The notes below the pieces were generated by a model. The model searched no databases. It was not told the origin of the DNA and was given only the letters and a program-made list of their open reading frames with translations. A DNA stretch of 64,000 nucleotides from Candidatus Sysuimicrobiota bacterium (GTDB lineage: Bacteria > Sysuimicrobiota > Sysuimicrobiia > Sysuimicrobiales > Sysuimicrobiaceae), in assembly GCA_040289515.1 (NCBI GenBank), contig PSLI01000002.1, positions 1 through 64,000 of the forward strand, given 5' to 3'. Of the stretch, positions 31,510 through 38,811 are shown one piece after another. Numbering within the stretch: position 1 is the stretch's first letter; every line of letters begins with the position of its first letter. The position numbers were made by a program, and so were the translations under genes.

Positions 31510-32742
31510 GTGCCCATCCCCCCGGACGTGCGGCAGCACTTCCCCCTGCTGCAGAGGTCGGTGGACGGAAAGCCGCTGGTGTACCTGGACAGCGCGGCGA
31601 CCTCGCAAAAACCCCGGGTGGTTCTGGAAGCCCTCCAGCGGTACTACGAGGAGTACAACGCCAACGTGCACCGAGGCCTGTACCGCATCGCGGAGCGGGC
31701 CACCCTGGCCTACGAGGAGGCGCGGGCCAAGGTGGCTGCCTTCGTGGGCGGCCGGCCGGAGGAGCTGGTCTTCACCCGGGGGACCACGGAGGCCATCAAC
31801 CTGGTGGCGTACGCATGGGGAGACGCGTACGTACGGCCAGGCGACGAGATCCTGGTCACCGAGATGGAGCACCACAGCAACCTCGTGCCCTGGCAGCTGC
31901 TGGCCCAGCGCCGGGGTGCCACCCTGCGGGTGCTGCGGGTCCGGCCCGAGGACGGAACCCTGGACCTGGAGGCCCTGGATGGGCTGCTCACGGAGCGGAC
32001 CCGGATCGTGGCCGTGACCCACCAGTCCAACGTGGTGGGCACCATCAACCCCGTGCGGCACATCGCGGACCGGGCACACGCGGTGGGCGCCGTGGTGCTG
32101 GTGGACGGCGCGCAGAGCGTCCCCCACATGCCCGTGCGGGTGGATGAGCTAGGCTGTGACTTTTTGGCCTTCTCCGGACACAAGATGTGCGGTCCCACGG
32201 GCATCGGCGCCCTGTGGGGGAGGCGGGAGCTGCTGGAGGCCATGCCGCCTTTCCACGGAGGCGGGGAGATGATCGAGCGGGTGGGACTGGATCGTTCTAC
32301 GTACAAGGACCCGCCGCACCGGTTCGAGGCGGGGACCCCCAACATCGCGGATGCCATCGCCTTGGGTGTGGCCGTGGGCTACCTGACCTCCGTGGGGATG
32401 GAGGCGGTGTGGGAGCACGAGAAAGCGCTGGTCCGCTACGCTTTGACCCAGCTGGCGGAAATGGAAGGCGTGCGGGTATACGGGCCCCGCGACCCCAAGC
32501 GGCGAGGGGGTGCGGTGGCGTTCACCGTGGAGGGGGTGCACCCCCACGATGTGGCCCAGGTGCTGGACGGGGAGGGTGTATGCGTGCGGGCGGGGCACCA
32601 TTGCGCGCAGCCCCTGCACCGTGCCTTGGGAGTCCAGGCTACCGCCCGGGCCAGTGTGTACCTGTACAATACTCCCGAGGACGTGGACGCCCTGGTGCGC
32701 GGCCTGGAGCAGGTGCGGGCCTTCTTCGGGCGGGCCTCTTGA
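31510..32742 (+). CDS. sufS: Cysteine desulfurase SufS
   Basis: YLDSAATSQKP, EHHSN, SGHKM, RAGHHCAQP. Confidence 0.97.
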   Translation: MPIPPDVRQHFPLLQRSVDGKPLVYLDSAATSQKPRVVLEALQRYYEEYNANVHRGLYRIAERATLAYEEARAKVAAFVGGRPEELVFTRGTTEAINLVAYAWGDAYVRPGDEILVTEMEHHSNLVPWQLLAQRRGATLRVLRVRPEDGTLDLEALDGLLTERTRIVAVTHQSNVVGTINPVRHIADRAHAVGAVVLVDGAQSVPHMPVRVDELGCDFLAFSGHKMCGPTGIGALWGRRELLEAMPPFHGGGEMIERVGLDRSTYKDPPHRFEAGTPNIADAIALGVAVGYLTSVGMEAVWEHEKALVRYALTQLAEMEGVRVYGPRDPKRRGGAVAFTVEGVHPHDVAQVLDGEGVCVRAGHHCAQPLHRALGVQATARASVYLYNTPEDVDALVRGLEQVRAFFGRAS

Positions 32743-32758
32743 ACCGGAGAGAAGCTGG

Positions 32759-33223
32759 ATGCTGCAGGACCTGTACCGGGAGATCATCCTGGACCACTAC
32801 GCGCACCCACGCAACCGGGGAAAGGTGGAGGGGGCGGACATCGCCGTGGAAGGGGTCAACCCCTCCTGCGGGGACGAGATCAGCCTGTACGCCCGGGTCC
32901 GGGACGGCCGCCTGGAGGAGATCCGGTTCGAGGGGCGCGGGTGCTCCATCAGCCAGGCATCTGCGTCCATGATGACGGAAGCCCTCCGGGGCAAGACCCT
33001 CTCCGCCGCCCTGGAGCTGGCCGAAAAGTTCAAGGCCATGATGCACGGACAGCCACCTGACGAAGAACACCTTGGGGAGCTAGTGGCCCTGCAGGGGGTG
33101 CGCCGCTTCCCGGTCCGTATCAAGTGCGCCACCCTGGCATGGGGGGCGTTGCAGCAGGGGCTCCGGGAGTACCAGGCGGGTGGGGCCTCCCGTACCGTAG
33201 CTTCCACAGAGGACGAGCTGTAA
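32759..33223 (+). CDS. sufU: SufU sulfur-transfer/scaffold protein
   Basis: LYREIILDH, NPSCGD, CSISQASAS, RIKCATL. Confidence 0.95.
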   Translation: MLQDLYREIILDHYAHPRNRGKVEGADIAVEGVNPSCGDEISLYARVRDGRLEEIRFEGRGCSISQASASMMTEALRGKTLSAALELAEKFKAMMHGQPPDEEHLGELVALQGVRRFPVRIKCATLAWGALQQGLREYQAGGASRTVASTEDEL

Positions 33224-33263
33224 GCGCGTTCGGGCTCCACTAAACTGGTAACCTGGACTCACC

Positions 33264-33794
33264 GTGGCGGGCCGCGCTGGTTGGTGGGTGCTATCGGGGC
33301 TGGTGGCCGTCCTGGCCCTGGCGTGGCTTTTGGGGCAGCCCCGTCACACCCCCCGGGCGGGCCCGCAGAGGCTCCCCGCCGCCCCCGCCTTCGTGCTGGA
33401 CACCCTGGACGGACGCACTTTGGAGTTGGCGCAGCTGCGGGGTCAGCCCGTGGTGCTCAACTTCTGGGCCTCCTGGTGCGCCCCGTGCCGGAAGGAGATG
33501 CCGGTGCTGGTGCGGGCCTGGCAGCGACACGGCAAGCACGTTCACTTCGTGGGGGTGAACGTGCTGGACGACCCCGAGGAGGCTCAGCGCTTCCTGGAGG
33601 AGTTCCGGGTTCCCTATCCCTCGGTGCACGACCCCAGGGGCGACACCCTGCGGTGGTTCCGGGTGGTAGGGCTGCCCACCACGGTGTTTGTGAGCCGCGA
33701 GGGCGGTCTGGCGGGCTTCCACGCGGGGCCGTTCTTGGACCTGGAGGGGGAAGGGGCCCTAGAGCGGGCCATTCGGGAGGTGCTGAGCCGTTGA
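33264..33794 (+). CDS. TlpA/ResA-like thiol-disulfide oxidoreductase
   Basis: N-terminal TM; NFWASWCAPC; GLPTT. Confidence 0.9.
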   Translation: MAGRAGWWVLSGLVAVLALAWLLGQPRHTPRAGPQRLPAAPAFVLDTLDGRTLELAQLRGQPVVLNFWASWCAPCRKEMPVLVRAWQRHGKHVHFVGVNVLDDPEEAQRFLEEFRVPYPSVHDPRGDTLRWFRVVGLPTTVFVSREGGLAGFHAGPFLDLEGEGALERAIREVLSR

Positions 33795-33817
33795 GGGCCT
33801 TGCGCGTGGAGGCACGG

Positions 33818-34546
33818 ATGGTGAAGTCGGTCGGCAGAGATCGTGCCGCGGCCGCCCTGAAGGCGGCTACGGTGGTCCTGCTGGCCTTCATGGGCTTCCT
33901 CCTGGTGAGTCAGGCGCGGGCGGGCCGCTACTTCCGGGAGCAGCCGGAGGTGCGCACACGGAACCTGTACGCCCTTGCCACCATGCTGCGGCAGGAGCGG
34001 GAGGCACGGCGACAGCTGGAGGAGGAGCTGGCCACCCTGCAGGAGCGGGTGCGGGAGTACGAGCAGGCCGCGGCCACGGGCAGGACAGCCCTGGAGGTCC
34101 TGCGCCGGCAGCTGGAGGAGTACCGGGTGGCGCTGGGCCTAGTGCCCGTGGAGGGGCCCGGCGTGGTGGTACAGGTCGCGGAACCGCGCCGGAGCGTCCG
34201 GGGGCCGGTGGCGGTGCAGTACCAGGATTTGGTGGCCTTGGCCAACGAGCTTTGGGCCGCGGGTGCGGAGGCGGTGGCGGTGAACGGCCAGCGGGTGGTG
34301 GCCAACAGCGGCTTTAGCCAGGTGGGCGGCACCATCCTGGTGAACCTGCGGCGCCTGTCTGCGCCGTTTGTGCTGGAGGCTATTGGGGACCCGGGTACCC
34401 TGGAGGGGGCCCTCAACATCCGGGGCGGCGTGGTGGAGGGGCTGAAGGGCCTGGGTTTGGACGTGCGGGTACAGCGGCGCGACCGCATCCGCCTGCCCGC
34501 CCTGCGGGGTGGGTTCAAGTTCGAGCACGCGCGGCCGGTCCCGTGA
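33818..34546 (+). CDS. DUF881 family membrane-anchored coiled-coil protein
   Basis: TM plus coiled coil; GPGV, NELWAAGAEAVAVNGQR, AIGDP. Confidence 0.85.
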   Translation: MVKSVGRDRAAAALKAATVVLLAFMGFLLVSQARAGRYFREQPEVRTRNLYALATMLRQEREARRQLEEELATLQERVREYEQAAATGRTALEVLRRQLEEYRVALGLVPVEGPGVVVQVAEPRRSVRGPVAVQYQDLVALANELWAAGAEAVAVNGQRVVANSGFSQVGGTILVNLRRLSAPFVLEAIGDPGTLEGALNIRGGVVEGLKGLGLDVRVQRRDRIRLPALRGGFKFEHARPVP

Positions 34547-35640
34547 CGCACGACGTGGTGGTGGCGGGGGCCTCCTTCGCGGGCCTGGCGGTCGTCCAGG
34601 CGGTGCAGGGCCGCGCCTTGGTAGTGGATCCGCGGCCCCTGGGAGAAGGGCAGACCTCCGCCTGCGGTGCTCCCCTGTCCGTGGTGGAGCGCGCGGGCGC
34701 CGCAGGGGCCGTGCAGCAGGTGCACCGCTTGCTGGTGCTGCACACCCGACGCCGGACGTTCGTGTGGGAGCTGCAGGAGCCGTTCTGCACCTTCGACTAC
34801 CGGGCCTTCTGCCGTCTGGCGTGGCAGCGGGTCCAGGCGGAGCTGGTATCAGCGCAGGCGCGGTCTTTCGACGGCACCTGGGTGCACACCTCCGCGGGCC
34901 GGTTCGGCGCGGAGGTGGCGGTGGACTGCACGGGCTGGAGAGCGCGCCTGGCGGGTTCTGCACCTGGGGCCGAACGGCGACGCGGGGCTCGTTGGAAGTG
35001 GTTCGGGATCGAGACGGAAATCCCGGCGGCCTTCGAGTCGGGCCTGCACTTCTACTTTTGGCCGGAGCTGGTCGAGGACGGTTATGCGTGGGCGTTCCCG
35101 TGCGGGGAGGTGGTGCGGTTCGGGGTGCTGTCGTACCGCGGCCGCACCCGGCTGCAGGATCCCCTGCACCGATTCCTGGCTTACTTCGCGGTGCAGCCCC
35201 GTGGCTACCACGGGGGTTTCCTGGGCGTGGGACCTGGCTGGCCGGGGGAGGGCCGGCTGTTCGTGGTGGGCGACAGCGGCGGCCACTGCCTGCCCCTCAC
35301 GGGCGAGGGCATCCGGTCCAGTCTCCACGCGGGGTGGCTGGTGGGCGGCTTGGTAAGCGAGGTCCTGGCAGGGCGCATCAGCCTGCAGGAGGCGCACCGG
35401 CGCTACCGCCAGTACCTCCGGGCCCAGGGCCCCACGGTGGCTTTCCTCGCGGCGGCCACGGGGGTCTTTGCGCGTTTGCCGCCTGCCTTGCTGGAGCGGG
35501 TGGTCGCCGCCTGCTCCATCCCGGCCGTGCGACGCGCCTTCCTGCGGCACTACCTGGCCACTTTTCCTCCCGGTGAGGTCTGCCACCACCCCGCCGCGGG
35601 CACCGGGCAGCATCCCGGGCGCGTAATGCCTTCCCGGTGA
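34543..35640 (+). CDS. FAD-dependent oxidoreductase, geranylgeranyl reductase-like
   Basis: DVVVAGASFAG, SACG, DCTG, GYAWAFP, VGDSGG...PLTGEGI. Confidence 0.8.
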   Translation: MTHDVVVAGASFAGLAVVQAVQGRALVVDPRPLGEGQTSACGAPLSVVERAGAAGAVQQVHRLLVLHTRRRTFVWELQEPFCTFDYRAFCRLAWQRVQAELVSAQARSFDGTWVHTSAGRFGAEVAVDCTGWRARLAGSAPGAERRRGARWKWFGIETEIPAAFESGLHFYFWPELVEDGYAWAFPCGEVVRFGVLSYRGRTRLQDPLHRFLAYFAVQPRGYHGGFLGVGPGWPGEGRLFVVGDSGGHCLPLTGEGIRSSLHAGWLVGGLVSEVLAGRISLQEAHRRYRQYLRAQGPTVAFLAAATGVFARLPPALLERVVAACSIPAVRRAFLRHYLATFPPGEVCHHPAAGTGQHPGRVMPSR

Positions 35641-35673
35641 GTGGTACCCTGTTGGGTGTACGGAGTTTACTAG

Positions 35674-35760
35674 GCCGGAGTGGCGGAACCGGCAGACGCG
35701 CCGGACTCAAAATCCGGTGGGCGCCAGCCCGTGTGGGTTCGAGTCCCACCTCCGGCACCA
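35674..35760 (+). tRNA. tRNA-Leu(CAA)
   Basis: GCCGGAG/CTCCGGC acceptor stem, CT-CAA-AA anticodon loop, long variable arm, GTTCGAGTC, encoded CCA. Confidence 0.96.
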
Positions 35761-35835
35761 GGGCGGATAGCTCAGCGGGAGAGCACGTCCCTTACAAGGA
35801 CGGGGTCGCAGGTTCGACTCCTGCTCCGCCCACCA
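35761..35835 (+). tRNA. tRNA-Val(TAC)
   Basis: GGGCGGA/TCCGCCC acceptor stem, CT-TAC-AA anticodon loop, GTTCGACTC, encoded CCA. Confidence 0.96.
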
Positions 35836-35871
35836 ACCGGCCGCCTCGGCAGCCGGACAGGAAGGCGCCCC

Positions 35872-36339
35872 ATGCGCGTGACGGTGCCATTGGAAGTCCG
35901 GTACGCGGAGACCGACCAGATGGGAGTGGTGCACCACGCGGTGTACGTGGTGTGGATGGAGGCCGCCCGGGTAGAGTTCCTCAAGCGTGTGGGCAGCCCC
36001 TACCACGAGCTCGAACGCGCGGGCGTGCGGCTGCCCGTGGTGGAGCTGGGTGTGGTGTACCGTGCTCCCGCGGCCTTCGGCCAGGTGGTGGAGGTAAGCT
36101 GCGAGCTGCGCCACCTGGCCAGCCGGGCCGCTTCCTTCCACTACGCGGTTCACTCGGACGGGCGGCTGCTGGCCGAAGGCTTCACCCGCCATGTGTGCTG
36201 CGACGCCCAAGGTCGGGTGGTGGCGCTGCCCGAGCCCGTGCGCCGGGTGCTGGAAGCTGCGCGATCCGCCGCACCATCGAGCTCAAGGTCGGGCCGGCGG
36301 GGGCCATGCTCTAAAATAGGGCCGCAAGGCCCCGAATAG
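35872..36339 (+). CDS. YbgC/FadM-family hotdog acyl-CoA thioesterase
   Basis: VRYAETDQMGVVHHAVY. Confidence 0.9.
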   Translation: MRVTVPLEVRYAETDQMGVVHHAVYVVWMEAARVEFLKRVGSPYHELERAGVRLPVVELGVVYRAPAAFGQVVEVSCELRHLASRAASFHYAVHSDGRLLAEGFTRHVCCDAQGRVVALPEPVRRVLEAARSAAPSSSRSGRRGPCSKIGPQGPE

Positions 36340-36363
36340 GGCAGTAAGAGGAGGTGAGCACTC

Positions 36364-36537
36364 TTGGCAGTACGGACAGCCGTTCGGGACGCCGCGCTGA
36401 ACTGCTACCGGGAGCTCGTGCGCATCCAAAAGGAGCTGCAGGGTCTGGGCGAGTACCCCAGCACCAAGGACGTCGTCAAGCAGGTGCAGGCGCTGGTGGA
36501 GGCACTGCAGCGCTTCATGCGGGAGGCTGGCGACTGA
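36364..36537 (+). CDS. Small hypothetical helical protein (57 aa), absent from ORF track
   Basis: GAGGAGGTG RBS, TTG start, host-like GC3 codon use, hairpin downstream; MAVRTAVRDAALNCYRELVRIQKELQGLGEYPSTKDVVKQVQALVEALQRFMREAGD. Confidence 0.7.
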   Translation: MAVRTAVRDAALNCYRELVRIQKELQGLGEYPSTKDVVKQVQALVEALQRFMREAGD

Positions 36538-36568
36538 GGGGCCCTCGCGGTTGCGGGCCGGGGTGCCC

Positions 36569-38437
36569 TCAGCGCCCGTGGCCGTCGGGCTTCGCCCTGG
36601 GGCAGACGGCAAACGGCCAGAAGTCCCGGCAGGTGGAACTGTACAGGTCGGGCGCAGACGGGCGGCTGTCGGGCTGCCTCCGCAGGGACTCGCGGAAGGC
36701 TGCCCACAGCAGCCTCGCTGCCTGGCCCCTGGTCAGGGCGTGGCGATCCACGGGCTCGGAGGTTGGCAGCCCAAGAGCACGCAGCAGGGCGGATGCGGCC
36801 GCCCCGGGCAGGGGGTAACCCAGGGTCGGGAAGGACGCCAGGCGCACCGCCTGAATCACGTCCACCGCGGAGTCGGGCCCGCGCGCGCGGAAGAAATGCT
36901 CCAGGTCCTCCAGCCACTCGCGCACGGAGATGGGCCGGCGCAGGTGCATGCCTCCCCGCAACCAGTACGAGCCGTTAAACAGGCCCCTGCGCAGCAGCTC
37001 CACCGCGTCCGGGTAGCCCGGATCCAGCACGTCGTCCAGGGCGGGCTGGCTGGGTGCCTGAAGCCGCACGCCCGCTAGGCGCAGCGCCTTGCGAAGCTGC
37101 TGCAGGGCCGTGAGGTTCTCCACGAGGGCCGCGGGCGGGCGACCCAGGGACCGTGCCACGACCGCGGCGATCCCCGCGGCCTCCCCGAGGGCCATCTGCA
37201 GCGGCACCACGCGCGTGGAGAACGCAGCCACGGAGTCGAAGGAGGCCGCTTGGGAGACCACCAGGAGATTGTCCACTCGCTCCGGCAGCAGGCTCCGCAG
37301 AGGCACACCGTACGGCGCAGGCACACCTGGCAGGTAGGGGGCCTCCCCTGCGTAGTACGCTTGGCCGTCCAGGGGGTAGCCGCCCACGGCCACGGTGTCG
37401 GGAAAGTCGCGGCCGTACAGCACGTCATCCGCACGCAGCCGGTAGCGCCCCACCATGTGGCGGCTTTCGCGCACGTACAGGGCCGGTGCGGTGCCAGCAA
37501 GCTCGGCGGTGCCGAACACCTGCGGGCTAGCTAGGCGCAGGAATCTTACCACCCGCGTAACCTCCGCCTGCGCCTGGCGGTACGCGGCCACGGCACCGTC
37601 AGGGTCCGTGGCGTCCACCCCGAACACCTGCAGACCCTTCACGAGCACGCTCCCGTCCCCTTGCAGGGCCACCTCCAGGCCCCGGAGGACAAACCGGCTT
37701 GGGTCGCTGGGCACGTACCTGCTTACGAGGCCACCGAACCCCCACACCAGACCCGGTCCGCGGCCGCCGTCCGCGCAGGGCCGGCGGGGGCACGCGGCCG
37801 GGGAGATCTGTGTCCACGACAGCCCCCGCAGGCGGAACACCAGGCTTGCGGCCATGGATCGGCGATCCAACCCTGTGTCTTCCCGGCCCCCGGTAAACCG
37901 CACGCCCGCCGCGACGGCTAGCTGTGCCAGGTCCGTGGCGTCCACGAAGGTGGATGCGTGCACCGTCACCGGGCCGTCGGCCGCAGCCAGCGTGGCCGCC
38001 ACCACACGGCTACCCTGCAACTCGACGCCATCCAAGCGCCAGCCCAGCCGCAGCTGCACGCCGGAGGCTTCCAGGAGTTCCCGCAGGACGCGCTCCGCGC
38101 GGCGCACGTCCACCCCGTCGAAGGAGCCCAGGCGTCTGGCGAACGACTGTGCCAGGCCGCCATATAGCAGAGCGCCGGAAGAATCCCACGACAGGTCGAG
38201 GGTGTTCAACCAGCTCTGCGAGAACGCCCCTCCCACCGAGGACGTCGGTTCCGCCAGCACCACCCGCAGGCCCCGAAAGGCCGCCGCGGCCGCCGCCGTC
38301 ACCCCCTGGGGGGTGGCACCGTAGACCAGCACGTCCGCAACCACCGTGCGGGGCTGGGCGTACGCGATCCCCGTGGCGGCCAGCACCAACGCCGCCCCAC
38401 ACAGCGCACAGGCCCTGTGCCAGGGTTTGTAGGTCAC
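36569..38437 (-). CDS. Exported FAD-dependent oxidoreductase with SLH-like C-terminus
   Basis: Signal peptide (..GIAYA|Q); DVLVYGATPQG, FVDAT, YVRESRH, YGVPLRSL, GEAAG; C-terminal LTRGQAA. Confidence 0.78.
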   Translation of the reverse strand: MTYKPWHRACALCGAALVLAATGIAYAQPRTVVADVLVYGATPQGVTAAAAAAFRGLRVVLAEPTSSVGGAFSQSWLNTLDLSWDSSGALLYGGLAQSFARRLGSFDGVDVRRAERVLRELLEASGVQLRLGWRLDGVELQGSRVVAATLAAADGPVTVHASTFVDATDLAQLAVAAGVRFTGGREDTGLDRRSMAASLVFRLRGLSWTQISPAACPRRPCADGGRGPGLVWGFGGLVSRYVPSDPSRFVLRGLEVALQGDGSVLVKGLQVFGVDATDPDGAVAAYRQAQAEVTRVVRFLRLASPQVFGTAELAGTAPALYVRESRHMVGRYRLRADDVLYGRDFPDTVAVGGYPLDGQAYYAGEAPYLPGVPAPYGVPLRSLLPERVDNLLVVSQAASFDSVAAFSTRVVPLQMALGEAAGIAAVVARSLGRPPAALVENLTALQQLRKALRLAGVRLQAPSQPALDDVLDPGYPDAVELLRRGLFNGSYWLRGGMHLRRPISVREWLEDLEHFFRARGPDSAVDVIQAVRLASFPTLGYPLPGAAASALLRALGLPTSEPVDRHALTRGQAARLLWAAFRESLRRQPDSRPSAPDLYSSTCRDFWPFAVCPRAKPDGHGR

Positions 38438-38514
38438 GTGGCACAACCAATACGGACTCTGCTGGCTCGGTTCCTGCTGCTCCTTGACCCAGGATCGCTC
38501 CTGCGGGCTAAAAT

Positions 38515-38795
38515 CGCCACACGAGGTGACGAGGGGGAGCAAGGGCGCCGCAGGGAGGCCCAACCAGCGAGCCGCGGCGGTGAAAAGGCGGCGGGCCGGG
38601 CGGCGTAACCATCGCCCCGGAGCTTCCCGGCGAAACGGGAACCCGAGTAGCCGAGGACGGGGCCTCCACCGTGATCCGGAGGGCGGAATCGGAGGCGCAG
38701 CCTCCCGTTCCGGACAAGCGCAGGCCCGTGGGGGCCTGAAGCGGGGTGGTACCGCGGGCTTCGGGGCCCGTCCCGGAGGGGACGGGCCCTTCCCG
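38515..38795 (+). promoter_or_regulatory. Ile T-box riboswitch
   Basis: Stem I with AGCGA and GGTGAAA motifs; specifier ATC at 38611-13; T-box AAGCGGGGTGGTACCGCG at 38739-56; GGGCCCGTCCC/GGGACGGGCCC hairpin; upstream of ileS. Confidence 0.93.
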
Positions 38796-38811
38796 TTGAG
38801 GAGGTGACGAC

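Noticed and set aside
35637..35871. ORF-track starts crossing the tRNA genes
   Set aside because: Region encodes two tRNAs; the thioesterase starts at ATG 35872
35761..38500. Possible island integrated at the tRNA pair
   Set aside because: No integrase, no duplicated tRNA 3' end seen, no obvious compositional shift
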